Source: Patescibacteria group bacterium
GTDB lineage: Bacteria > Patescibacteriota > Minisyncoccia > UBA6257 > GWB1-50-10
NCBI GenBank assembly: GCA_023474215.1
Contig: JAMCYI010000006.1
Coordinates: forward strand, 1,452-65,451
DNA length: 64,000 bases
Direction of reading: 5' to 3'
Below are positions 46,010-55,442 of this stretch, piece after piece. The translations under genes and the position numbers were made by a program. The notes under the pieces are model-generated. The model was not told the DNA's origin, ran no database searches, and saw only the letters and a program-made list of their open reading frames with translations. Position 1 is the first letter of the stretch. Each line of letters begins with the position of its first letter.

Positions 46010-47752
46010 TTATACTATCTCTTTCTGGTAGCACTCCTCACAGTAAACCCTCAAGTGCAATTCAGGGTCATAAGCCGTCTTGATATCTTTCCCGCAGTTG
46101 GAGCAATGAGATCCAAAAAGATCATACGGGCTTCTTTTTCTGAAGCGGTTCAGCAATCTGGTTCGGGGATGCAAGAGCGGCACCGGGATTGAATGTTTCC
46201 GGTAGAAGTCGAATTCCTGCTTGGTTATCTTGAAAGGTTTTCTCGAGACCTCACAAATAATGGTTGAATCCAGTATCGAATCAGCGACATTCTTTATGTT
46301 ATCCGGTATGTTATTAGCGGCCGGAGACGCTTCAGGCGCTTTCTCGTTCTTGAGGCGGGGTTTCATTGTGCTGTACCTATTTTCATCAAGAGGACACAGG
46401 GCTCCGGCATAACTGTCTTCATAAAAGAAGAACGCGTTACCAAGCGGCAAGAATTCGCCGTAACCACCTCCCTGAACCATGCTTGTTTTTATTTCATCAA
46501 CCAGTTTCCAATATTCGTCTTCGGAGTACTGTTTATTCAAAATACAGTATTTCTTTTTGCTGAGTCCGCTGCAACCAAAACAATACTGGCAATCGGAACA
46601 CTCGAATGAGTACTCGGTCTCCAGGCAGTTTTCCACGAAGTAAGAAGCTATTACCCTGTTGACGGATAAGGCCTCAATGACGTTATAGCATTCTTGCCCC
46701 GGCCCGAAGATCGTGACATCCATGCAATCCGTAGCGCCGATGAAGTCCTGCCCATAGCGGATGTTTTCGTTTTTATAAAAAGTTAAAAGGAATTTGGCGC
46801 TGGTACCCCAGAAGGACTGAACACAATTCTTGCAGTCTCTCAAGTGGTCACCCAAAGAGCCGGGGGAATTCTTTGCCCAGAGGGCCTTAAAAATGCCGTT
46901 GGTACGCAGGAATTCATCGAACTTCTTCTTGTACTCTTCGCGTATTTTTCTGCTCCCCAAATCAATCTCCGCCATCCTCTTTTCATAGTCCTCTTTCGAA
47001 AGCTGCTCGTTGAAGAAGCAGAATTTTTTATTCCTTAAGTTACTGCACCCGAAGCAGTTCTGGCAGTTATGGCAGTCAAAGAGGAAATACGAATTGATGC
47101 AGTCGCTGGAATTTTGAATATGCTGGGAATTGTGGATGCGGTCCGAGTCGATGATTTCGTAAGAATCCTGGACGTGGTCTGCAGACGACAAATCAAGCGA
47201 ATTCTGTGAATAAATCACCCAAAAGCCGTACGAAACGTCTTGAGCCATGCCGATGATCGAGGAAAGATAACAGTTTTTGACATCGAAACTCTGAACGGTG
47301 TATTCGCTGTTCACAATATCTTTGTTGTACCTTGCGAGAGCCCGGTGAGGCACCGCTCTTAAGAGATCAATGAACTGGCTCGAAAAATCGCGGTTCGCAT
47401 CATAATTTTGCCCGAAGGTGAGCGGATCCCACGCGTCCGACCACCAAAATTTATTGTCGTAGATCCGGTATTCGTTCTCCTCGGACATTTGAGACAATGC
47501 TTTTTCTTCCGGATGGGCAAAACAGGTCTTCTTGTAGAACTGGAAAATGCTTCCCGACATCGCGGTCCTTTTTATCATCCTGCACTTCGGACATTCTCTC
47601 GGCGGTAAAACGTTCAACTTGCGGCAGAAATCGATGTCCTCCGAAAAAATCTCAAAGCCTGAACCGCACATCGTGCATATGCGCGAGCCCGGTTTCGCTT
47701 CATTCAAAACCTTCCCAATCACCGCATCAAATTTTGGTGTTTTATCCTTCAT
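46010..47752 (-). CDS. Cys-rich Zn-ribbon/repeat protein, array copy 5 (divergent)
   Basis: Same architecture with N-terminal extension; WWSDAWD, CILNKQYSEDEY, YGEFLP, VYCEECY. Confidence 0.88.
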   Translation of the reverse strand: MKDKTPKFDAVIGKVLNEAKPGSRICTMCGSGFEIFSEDIDFCRKLNVLPPRECPKCRMIKRTAMSGSIFQFYKKTCFAHPEEKALSQMSEENEYRIYDNKFWWSDAWDPLTFGQNYDANRDFSSQFIDLLRAVPHRALARYNKDIVNSEYTVQSFDVKNCYLSSIIGMAQDVSYGFWVIYSQNSLDLSSADHVQDSYEIIDSDRIHNSQHIQNSSDCINSYFLFDCHNCQNCFGCSNLRNKKFCFFNEQLSKEDYEKRMAEIDLGSRKIREEYKKKFDEFLRTNGIFKALWAKNSPGSLGDHLRDCKNCVQSFWGTSAKFLLTFYKNENIRYGQDFIGATDCMDVTIFGPGQECYNVIEALSVNRVIASYFVENCLETEYSFECSDCQYCFGCSGLSKKKYCILNKQYSEDEYWKLVDEIKTSMVQGGGYGEFLPLGNAFFFYEDSYAGALCPLDENRYSTMKPRLKNEKAPEASPAANNIPDNIKNVADSILDSTIICEVSRKPFKITKQEFDFYRKHSIPVPLLHPRTRLLNRFRKRSPYDLFGSHCSNCGKDIKTAYDPELHLRVYCEECYQKEIV

Positions 47753-48074
47753 CCAAAAGTTCCCTCGCTATCCGTTTCTCAAGTCGGTCCATCGCTTTTG
47801 GAAAAGAAGTCTCCATATTAACGTCGAACTTCTTCGAGAGAACGAGGATTGACCACAAGCAATCCATGAGTTCGTGTTCCAGTTTTTCGTTTAGTGCTTC
47901 TGCGGTTCGTACTCCTTCTCTCGCCATGACGAGTTTCATGAGATCCCCCACATCACCCACGAATCCTTCCATGATCTGGGCTTCTGTCCACTCCTTCCCG
48001 TATTTCTTCTTTTCGAGCTCCGCGTACTTTTCCCGTACCTCCACAGCACGGGAGATTAAGTCTTTAATTTCCAT
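47742..48074 (-). CDS. MazG-like all-alpha NTP pyrophosphohydrolase
   Basis: W..AQIMEGFVGDVGDL.K, LEHELMDCLW. Confidence 0.8.
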   Translation of the reverse strand: MEIKDLISRAVEVREKYAELEKKKYGKEWTEAQIMEGFVGDVGDLMKLVMAREGVRTAEALNEKLEHELMDCLWSILVLSKKFDVNMETSFPKAMDRLEKRIARELLDEG

Positions 48075-48092
48075 AGATTCATTATAAGCGAA

Positions 48093-49784
48093 CTATCCAA
48101 CCTCCGCATTATAACAGCTTTCACAATACACAATCTCCGGACGTTCGGGGGCGTACGAGGTTTCAAATCCATTTTGACACGAGCTGGAATGATTGTGATT
48201 TTGCTTATCACACATACAACTCCTGTGCCAAAGCTTCACGGGGTTTTTGAGCTTCAACCGATCCTTGAGCCGGCAGAAAAAGCACCTTCGCGGCACCGGG
48301 ATGCCATTCTTTTTGTAGAACGCCAGCTCTTCGGCGATGACTTTGTAATTTCTCCCGCATTCCATACAAGCGAGAATTTCATCCACGATTGAATCGGGTA
48401 CGTCACTGATCGCGTCGGGGATTTCTCGCATTGTCTCTTTTCCCGTCGTGAATTGGAGCTTGTCTTGCCATCGATACCCTTTCGCGAGCGCTTCGTCTTT
48501 CGTAAGCGGATAGCTGTCCTGCGCGAGAGTTTCGTTGTATCCGAAAGTGGAAAGCGGCACCGGGAAAAACTCGCCCCATTCCCCTCTTTTTTTCATATTC
48601 TCTATGATTTCCGCCTTGAGCTTCTCATACGATCCTTTGTCGTACTGTTTGTTCAAGATGCAGTACTTGGCGCTCTTCAAGCCCACACATCCAAAAAGTT
48701 CTTCCGACGATTGGCAACTGTCTGCATAGAGAACGTTCCGATCCTTATGGCAGTACGACGTGAAATGCGTACCGTACGAATTATCCGGATTGATTCCTTC
48801 GTAGCAAAGCTCCTGCTCGCCCCCGCTTGCGCAGTCGTAACTGTCTTTGATCGTGTCGCCATTCTCGAAGAATTTCGAATCCTCGACGCGGACAGCATTC
48901 CAGCAATTCAGAGCATTTTTCGAATTCACAAGATAATTTCCCGTGCAATTTACGCAATTCATGAAATTCGCCGGTCTTCGCGGGAATTTCAGTATGAAAC
49001 CGAAAAACTCCTTTTTAGCCCGTTCCGATCCGCTCCACGTGTCGAGCCGGTAACCGGCCACTATTTTTCCATACTCCTCTTTCGAGTACTGCTCGTTCTT
49101 CACACAGTACTTTTTGTGGCGGAGGCCGATCGACATAAAGCAGTCGGTGCAATCCTTGCAGTCGTAGCAGAAAGCGCAATCGATGAGCGATTCCGAATTG
49201 AAGATGAATCGGCACGAATTACTCTCTCCCACGTAAATCGACTCGTAGATATTCCGGGCATTCGAGAAAACCGTCATCACGTCCACCATATCCTTCGCGT
49301 TCACCATATGGTAGCAATACATGCAATTCTCCACTTTCCATGAGTTCATCGTGAGGTAACAGTTTTTGCCGAGGGCGAAGTAGTTCGTGTATTCGCACCC
49401 GACGCTCGCGATGTTGTTGTCGTTCAGAATCGCGAGAGCCGGCACGGTATCAAGAAGTTCCCGATACTGTTCGAAGAACGGCCGCGAGGGATCGTAATCC
49501 CGCCCGTACTGTCCAGGATCCCAGCCATCGCTCCACCAGCACTTATTGCAGTAGATCGGAACGAGCTTCTCCGGCGAGTAGATAGAAATGATTTTTCGGC
49601 CGCAGAGCCCGCACTCGCGATTATAGAAATTGTAGTCGTTCCGCCAGGCAAGCCGCCGCTGCCTCCGGCAGTCGGGGCATTGGGTCGCCGCCGGTACGCC
49701 GATGCGGTTATAAAAAGAAAAGTCATCAGGTTCGATGACGAACTCCTGACGGCAGTTTTGGCAGCTTTTTGTTTCCGGACTCAT
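48093..49784 (-). CDS. Cys-rich Zn-ribbon/repeat protein, array copy 6
   Basis: Same motif set; ATGA overlap with the copy 7 stop. Confidence 0.9.
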   Translation of the reverse strand: MSPETKSCQNCRQEFVIEPDDFSFYNRIGVPAATQCPDCRRQRRLAWRNDYNFYNRECGLCGRKIISIYSPEKLVPIYCNKCWWSDGWDPGQYGRDYDPSRPFFEQYRELLDTVPALAILNDNNIASVGCEYTNYFALGKNCYLTMNSWKVENCMYCYHMVNAKDMVDVMTVFSNARNIYESIYVGESNSCRFIFNSESLIDCAFCYDCKDCTDCFMSIGLRHKKYCVKNEQYSKEEYGKIVAGYRLDTWSGSERAKKEFFGFILKFPRRPANFMNCVNCTGNYLVNSKNALNCWNAVRVEDSKFFENGDTIKDSYDCASGGEQELCYEGINPDNSYGTHFTSYCHKDRNVLYADSCQSSEELFGCVGLKSAKYCILNKQYDKGSYEKLKAEIIENMKKRGEWGEFFPVPLSTFGYNETLAQDSYPLTKDEALAKGYRWQDKLQFTTGKETMREIPDAISDVPDSIVDEILACMECGRNYKVIAEELAFYKKNGIPVPRRCFFCRLKDRLKLKNPVKLWHRSCMCDKQNHNHSSSCQNGFETSYAPERPEIVYCESCYNAEVG

Positions 49785-51538
49785 GCGACTTCACTGTTAT
49801 AACATTGCTCGCAGTAGATGATTTCCTTCCCCTCGGGAGCATATGGCGTCTCGAACTCGTTCGGACACCGGCCGGAATGATCATGGTCAGGTTTCTCACA
49901 CATACATTGCCGATGCCAGAGCTTCATGGGCGTGCGCCCCTTGAGGCGTCCGTAATGCCGGCAATTCGGGCAAAGTGTCGGGAGCGGAATGTTCATCTTT
50001 TTATAGAACGCGAGTTCTTCCGGCGTGATGCGGAATGCTTCCGTGCATTGCTCGTCGCATTTCCCCTCATGTGCGCATCCGATAACCTCTTTCACCATAT
50101 CGTCCGAAACGATGCGAATGGCGTCGGGCAAGTCGGCCGGCTTCAGGGTTATTTCGTAATTTCTCGCCTCCGGATCACGCCACTGGTATCCCATTGCCGT
50201 CGCTTTTTCTTTCGTCGAAGGGAAATACTCCTCGGCCACCGTCTCGTTGTATGAAAAAAGGGCGATTTCCGGCGGGAAAAACTCGCCGAAACCGTACCGC
50301 ACTCCCCTTTTATCGACATACGGCATCTCGTCCATGTGTTTTTTAATTTTCGGGAGAAGTTCTTCATATTCCTCCTTCGAGTATTGCTTGTTCAAAATGC
50401 AATACTCCTTGTTCCGCATGCCGTAACATCCGAACATATGGTGCGACCCGTGCGTGTGGACACTCCACCACACGTCGCTCGAATCATAGACTACGACACC
50501 GCCCACGATCCTCGATGAGCTGTTGATATCGACGCCTTCGTAGAGGAGTTCCGACTTCCAGCCGGCCCCCGGCCCGCAATCGTATATTCCCTTGCTTCCG
50601 AATCCGCTCCAGTTTACATACCGGCAATCTTCCGTGTCGTCGCCCACGAAATCGAAGCAATCCCGGCAGTTCTTCGTATTCTGCAAATGATCGCCCGTCG
50701 AACCGACCGAATTCACGATGTCCGCATATTTATGGATCGCTTTCACATACACCTCGTCCTGGAATTTCCGTCGGACTTCTTCGAGGACCTTCCGGCTTCC
50801 GAGGTTCAGTTCCTTGACCCTCTTTTCGTATTCGTCCTTCGATATCTGCTCGTTGAAAATACAATATTGCTTATTTCTCAAATTCGCACATCCAATGCAG
50901 TCCCGGCAGTTCTTGCAGTTGTAAAGGAACCAGGAATCGCTGCAACCCTCGCAGTTCGAGGAATACAAGAGCCGGTACGAACCGCTGACGTACGAACCAT
51001 CGTAGCAAAGCTCGCTGCCGTCGACGATATAGAGATCGAGCGAATCCTTATCCTTCACCATCCGGTTCGCGTACATCACGTTCTCGTTCCATCCGCCGGC
51101 GGAAACGAGGTGACAGTTCTTGTTCCACGCGGCGGAGCTGCAATATTCGCTATTCACCGAATTCGTGTTCGAAAGCGTGATTAAGGGCACGCGGCTGAGA
51201 AGCTCCGCGTACTGTTCAAAGAACGGCCTCGAGAAATCATAGTCCTTCCCGTACTGCATCGGATCCCACGCGTCACTCCACCAGTATTTCTGATCGTAGA
51301 CGGTGTACGGCGCGTTCGCCGGATGGAGGCTGATAATGTCTTCCGAATGTCCCGGTACACCGCACTTCCGCTTATAGTAGGTACGTTCGTTCCGCCACAC
51401 CATTCGCCGCGCGGCGCGGCATGCCGGGCACCACGTCGGGACCGGCACGCCGATCTGTTGGTAAAAATCAAAATCTGCAGAATCGATAACGAACTCTTCT
51501 TTGCAATTTTGGCAAGTTCTGGTTTCAGTTTTGGTCAT
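49781..51538 (-). CDS. Cys-rich Zn-ribbon/repeat protein, array copy 7
   Basis: Same motif set; start 51538 by analogy with copy 2 (alternative 51550). Confidence 0.9.
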   Translation of the reverse strand: MTKTETRTCQNCKEEFVIDSADFDFYQQIGVPVPTWCPACRAARRMVWRNERTYYKRKCGVPGHSEDIISLHPANAPYTVYDQKYWWSDAWDPMQYGKDYDFSRPFFEQYAELLSRVPLITLSNTNSVNSEYCSSAAWNKNCHLVSAGGWNENVMYANRMVKDKDSLDLYIVDGSELCYDGSYVSGSYRLLYSSNCEGCSDSWFLYNCKNCRDCIGCANLRNKQYCIFNEQISKDEYEKRVKELNLGSRKVLEEVRRKFQDEVYVKAIHKYADIVNSVGSTGDHLQNTKNCRDCFDFVGDDTEDCRYVNWSGFGSKGIYDCGPGAGWKSELLYEGVDINSSSRIVGGVVVYDSSDVWWSVHTHGSHHMFGCYGMRNKEYCILNKQYSKEEYEELLPKIKKHMDEMPYVDKRGVRYGFGEFFPPEIALFSYNETVAEEYFPSTKEKATAMGYQWRDPEARNYEITLKPADLPDAIRIVSDDMVKEVIGCAHEGKCDEQCTEAFRITPEELAFYKKMNIPLPTLCPNCRHYGRLKGRTPMKLWHRQCMCEKPDHDHSGRCPNEFETPYAPEGKEIIYCEQCYNSEVA

Positions 51539-51662
51539 TTGATCATTCATTGGAAATTGATTGAAAATTAAAAATTGGAAATTGAAAATTCCACCTTGAA
51601 TTCATTATAAAACAAATGCTCCACGGTTAGCCGCAGAGCATTAAAACAGTCAACAAGGGGGG

Positions 51663-52103
51663 TTATATCGTGGGGCTGACGACGATGATCCCGCCGAGGA
51701 TCGGATCTTCTTTTTCCTCGGACTTGAAAGAAACGATCTTCCAGTCCGGTCGCAAGCTCAAGTCGTCATATTCGACATCGCCGAGTTCGGCGTGCACCGA
51801 CGACCAGAACACCTTGCGAAGGATGTCCGCCTTGTCCATGAGGTTGCGGTAATCGCGGAAAACTTTTTCGCACTCTTTTTCCATGCCGTCGCCGCCGAAG
51901 AGGAACCGAGCGTGCTTTTGCTCGTGATCTTTCTTCATCTTACTTGCTTCTTTGGCAAGTTTGGCATGGAGAGAATAGATCCGCTTCAAGTTATCATTGA
52001 CCTCGATTACCACACGACCTTCCGGATAGGGACCTTCCGCTACCGGCTTCACGATCGTAGTACTGTCGATCTCCTTTTGGAGATCTTCGAGAAATGTGGC
52101 CAT
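51663..52103 (-). CDS. Hypothetical protein (ORFan)
   Basis: 146 aa; aggaggt SD; TTGACA-18nt-TATAGT upstream; hairpin downstream. Confidence 0.7.
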   Translation of the reverse strand: MATFLEDLQKEIDSTTIVKPVAEGPYPEGRVVIEVNDNLKRIYSLHAKLAKEASKMKKDHEQKHARFLFGGDGMEKECEKVFRDYRNLMDKADILRKVFWSSVHAELGDVEYDDLSLRPDWKIVSFKSEEKEDPILGGIIVVSPTI

Positions 52104-52169
52104 AAACCACCTCCTGTATTAGTGAGAAATATGTTTAGTTACAGGACTATACTATAAACTATTTTCATA

Positions 52170-53348
52170 TTATTTGTCAATCTCTGTTCGCCTCTTGCCG
52201 AAAAAGCGGACATAGAGATACATATTTGCGGCCATAACGGCGCCATACGCAAAAAACGGGACATCGAGGAGCGCTGCATCCATGAGGTATCCGGCGAGCC
52301 CCGTGCCGGCCGAGGAAGCCGCAAGACGCGCGACTTGGTTCACGCCGAGCGCGCGGCCCATTTCATCGCCATCCACCCGGCGCGTAAGTTCCGCCTGCTG
52401 GATCGGAAGCGCCATGATGCGGAGCGCCGGTCCAAAAACGTACACGAAAACGGCAAAAGGCAGGAAACGAATGATCGGGAAAGCGACGAAGAGAGCCGTT
52501 CCGATCCCCCTGCTCCACACCATGCTTTTTACGAATCCGAGATGTTTTTCGAGGAGCGGCGCTGCGAGAATGGCAACGGACCCTACAACACCCGAAAGAA
52601 AAGCGTATTCCGCCATTTGTGATTTTGGAATGTTATAAACCAAAAGAAAGAATGGGATGAGGAACGGAACGATGAGGCCTTGCGAAAATCCGTTCAAAAT
52701 GCCGGTCAAGGTGAATTTTCCGATGGTCGTTTTCGTCTTCAAAACGCGGAGCTTGCCCTTGGATTCCGTAACTTCGATGAATGGCAATGCAACGACACCC
52801 AATGCCGCGACAACGGTCGCAATGAGAAAAATATCTTGGACCGAGAAAACTTTCGCAAAGAGCGCGCCGATGGCCGCCACGATGCCCGAGAGGAAGGTAA
52901 AGAAGGAAAAGTATTTCGTCCGTTTTTCGCTCGGCGTGAGTTCCGTGATGACGGTGTTTTGGATCGGTTGGACTGCACCGCCAATGCCGCCGCCGGCCAA
53001 GGATCCGGTTGCGGAGTACCCCCCCACCATCGCTGCAAGGAATACCACCCACAAACTCGACGAAAAATATACCAAAGCGGAACTCACCGGCAGGAGCGCG
53101 CTTGCAATGAAAAGCGTCCCCCGCTTCCCCCACACGTCGGTCGTGATGCCGGCAAAGAAACTCAAGACCGCCGTCGCAATCGTCGCTGCGACGTAAATAA
53201 GGCCGATCATCCCGGCGCTTTGATGAAGGTCGACCAACACGTAGTACGGAAATGCGATATTGATCATCCCGGCCGCAATGCTCCGGGTGATCCTTGAAAC
53301 CATAATGAGGTAAATGCCTTTTTTCTTGGGCCTTAGTTCAATTTCCAC
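52170..53348 (-). CDS. MFS transporter
   Basis: About 12 TM, G.TTDVWGKR motif A; GTG start inferred from TGATATAAT upstream. Confidence 0.85.
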   Translation of the reverse strand: MEIELRPKKKGIYLIMVSRITRSIAAGMINIAFPYYVLVDLHQSAGMIGLIYVAATIATAVLSFFAGITTDVWGKRGTLFIASALLPVSSALVYFSSSLWVVFLAAMVGGYSATGSLAGGGIGGAVQPIQNTVITELTPSEKRTKYFSFFTFLSGIVAAIGALFAKVFSVQDIFLIATVVAALGVVALPFIEVTESKGKLRVLKTKTTIGKFTLTGILNGFSQGLIVPFLIPFFLLVYNIPKSQMAEYAFLSGVVGSVAILAAPLLEKHLGFVKSMVWSRGIGTALFVAFPIIRFLPFAVFVYVFGPALRIMALPIQQAELTRRVDGDEMGRALGVNQVARLAASSAGTGLAGYLMDAALLDVPFFAYGAVMAANMYLYVRFFGKRRTEIDK

Positions 53349-53400
53349 AGTAAGAACGATTATATCACACTGAATGAAACCAGGTGGTATAATAAGAGTG

Positions 53401-53613
53401 ATGAAAAGCCGCGAGAATGCCATGTACGACACCACGAAACTCGCCAAATTCTTCGGCGTGACCGAACGAACCGTTCTCGAATGGTGCCGGAAGGGCAAAT
53501 TGCCGGCTTTCAAAATCGGCAGAAAGTGGAAAATCAGGGTCGTCGACCTCCAGAAAATGATCGACCGCAAAATACACACTTCCAAGGGAAATACTCCCCC
53601 ACACTTACTGTAA
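53401..53613 (+). CDS. Excisionase-type (HTH_17) small DNA-binding protein
   Basis: YDTTKLAKFFGVTERTV..WCRKGKLPAFKIGRKWKI. Confidence 0.85.
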   Translation: MKSRENAMYDTTKLAKFFGVTERTVLEWCRKGKLPAFKIGRKWKIRVVDLQKMIDRKIHTSKGNTPPHLL

Positions 53614-53617
53614 TGAT

Positions 53618-53731
53618 TTAATTACCGAAGGTCGGCGGCGGGACTTTAATCCGTTCGTAGAAACTAAAATCCTCCGGCTCGATAGCGAACTCCCGGTGGC
53701 AATTCTGGCATTGCCTCGTTTCAGAGTTCAT
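53618..53731 (-). pseudogene. Truncated 5' remnant of an eleventh Cys-rich array paralog
   Basis: Manual translation MNSETRQCQNCHREFAIEPEDFSFYERIKVPPPTFGN*; breaks where paralogs continue with CPxCR. Confidence 0.85.
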
Positions 53732-53732
53732 G

Positions 53733-55442
53733 TCAGTTGAAGATATCCCTCAAGTAGCATTCCGTGCAGTAGACGACGGGGGCTTCATCCTCGCGGTAGT
53801 GCGTCCGGAGCTCTTTCCCGCACTTCGTGCATGTCCGTTCGATGAGAGACATCTGCTTGGCCCATTGCCGCACTTTTTCCTCAATACGACAGAAGGGACA
53901 TCGCCGCGGGAGGGGGAAGTTGTACTGCCGCAGGAACTGCAACTCATAGGGCGTGATTTTGTATCCCCGCGGGCACGCCGTGCACTTGATCACTTCTTTC
54001 AAAATATCATCCTTCGCATCCCGGATATGATCGGGGAGATCGGCGGCATCCATAGTCGATGCGTGTTCGGAGGGCGAGATCTCTACCCATGAAAGCCCTT
54101 CTCGCTGCGCTTCACCCTCTTCCAAGGGATGGAAGAGGTAGGCAAACGTGTCATTATAATCATGCGGCGAAAGCGTCGCCGGGAAGAACTCTCCGTAGCG
54201 GTACGTCCGCCCGGCGGGATCCACATACGGCGTCGAATTCATCTGCCCGATGATCTTTTCCCGCATCGCGTGGTATTCTTCCTTCGTATACGGCTTATTG
54301 AAGATGTAATACTGTTTGTTCCGAAGACCCGAGCATCCAAAAAGATAGGAACATCCCATGCAGCTTTTCGAATATTCCACGTGGTGGCTCGCGTGAATGT
54401 CCTGGCTGAATTTGACGTCGGCGACCTGGTTTCCCACCGTGATGCTGTCGTAGATGCGCTCCGCGCCCTCCCCCCAGTCGGTATAATCATAGCTGTCTTT
54501 CACGGTCGGCGCCTTGATGAGCATCATATACTTCGAATCTTCGCAGTAGCCGGAGTCGTAGCATTCCTTGCAGTTCTTGGAATAGAAAACGTAGCTCCCC
54601 GTGCAGTTGTCGTTGAACATATAGTCGTAGCAGGGATTCGGGATCGAATTTTTCCACACTTCCGCCGAACGCTTTTTCATTTCCTGGTACGTTTTGTAGG
54701 AACCGAGGTCGATCCCGTCCATCTTTTTCTCATACTCTTCCTTGGTCAACTGCTCGTTGAGGAACACGTACTTCTTATTGTGGACGTTCGCGGATCCGAA
54801 GCAATGCTCCGCATTCCGGGCATCCCGCAGGAAATAGGAGTCGAGCGAGCTGTGGACGTTCCCCCGCGAACCGTGGACGCGGTTGTTCCGGAAACCGTTC
54901 ATGCCGTCGTAGCATTCGGTACACTCCCAATAGACGCTGCAGTCGAGGAGCGCTTTGTCTTTCGTCAGATAAAAGCCGTACTCGCAGTCGTCGCTGTTGT
55001 CGGAATAAAAGATGAGATAGGAATTCTTCGAGCTCGCGCAATGGTTGGTGTAGGGAGAAAGTTCCTGCACGTCCTTCGTCACGGCGAGTCCCCGAATCGG
55101 AACTCGGTGGAAATGCTCGTTCAGTTGTTCGAAAAACGGCCGCGAGAAATCATAATCACGTGCATAGTCCTCGGTATTCCATCCATCACCCCACCAGCAG
55201 TCGGGGCAGTAAACCCGATAGGGCGAATTCGGCCGGTACATCGATATTTTCTCTTTCCCGCAAAGATCGCACTTCCGCTTATACAAACGGAAGCCCTTGA
55301 GCCACATGAGCCGCCTTTCGAGCCGGCATGCAGGACAGAAGGTCGGCGGCGGGACCTGGATCTTCTCGTAAAAGATGAAATCATCGGGTTCGATAATGAA
55401 TCCTTGATGACAATTCTGGCAAATTCTTGATTCGGAACTCAT
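53733..55442 (-). CDS. Cys-rich Zn-ribbon/repeat protein, array copy 8
   Basis: Same motif set; ATGA overlap with the copy 9 stop. Confidence 0.9.
   Translation of the reverse strand: MSSESRICQNCHQGFIIEPDDFIFYEKIQVPPPTFCPACRLERRLMWLKGFRLYKRKCDLCGKEKISMYRPNSPYRVYCPDCWWGDGWNTEDYARDYDFSRPFFEQLNEHFHRVPIRGLAVTKDVQELSPYTNHCASSKNSYLIFYSDNSDDCEYGFYLTKDKALLDCSVYWECTECYDGMNGFRNNRVHGSRGNVHSSLDSYFLRDARNAEHCFGSANVHNKKYVFLNEQLTKEEYEKKMDGIDLGSYKTYQEMKKRSAEVWKNSIPNPCYDYMFNDNCTGSYVFYSKNCKECYDSGYCEDSKYMMLIKAPTVKDSYDYTDWGEGAERIYDSITVGNQVADVKFSQDIHASHHVEYSKSCMGCSYLFGCSGLRNKQYYIFNKPYTKEEYHAMREKIIGQMNSTPYVDPAGRTYRYGEFFPATLSPHDYNDTFAYLFHPLEEGEAQREGLSWVEISPSEHASTMDAADLPDHIRDAKDDILKEVIKCTACPRGYKITPYELQFLRQYNFPLPRRCPFCRIEEKVRQWAKQMSLIERTCTKCGKELRTHYREDEAPVVYCTECYLRDIFN

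Noticed and set aside
53401-53613. Prophage or ICE marked by an excisionase
   Set aside because: No integrase, att-like repeats, or phage or conjugation genes nearby
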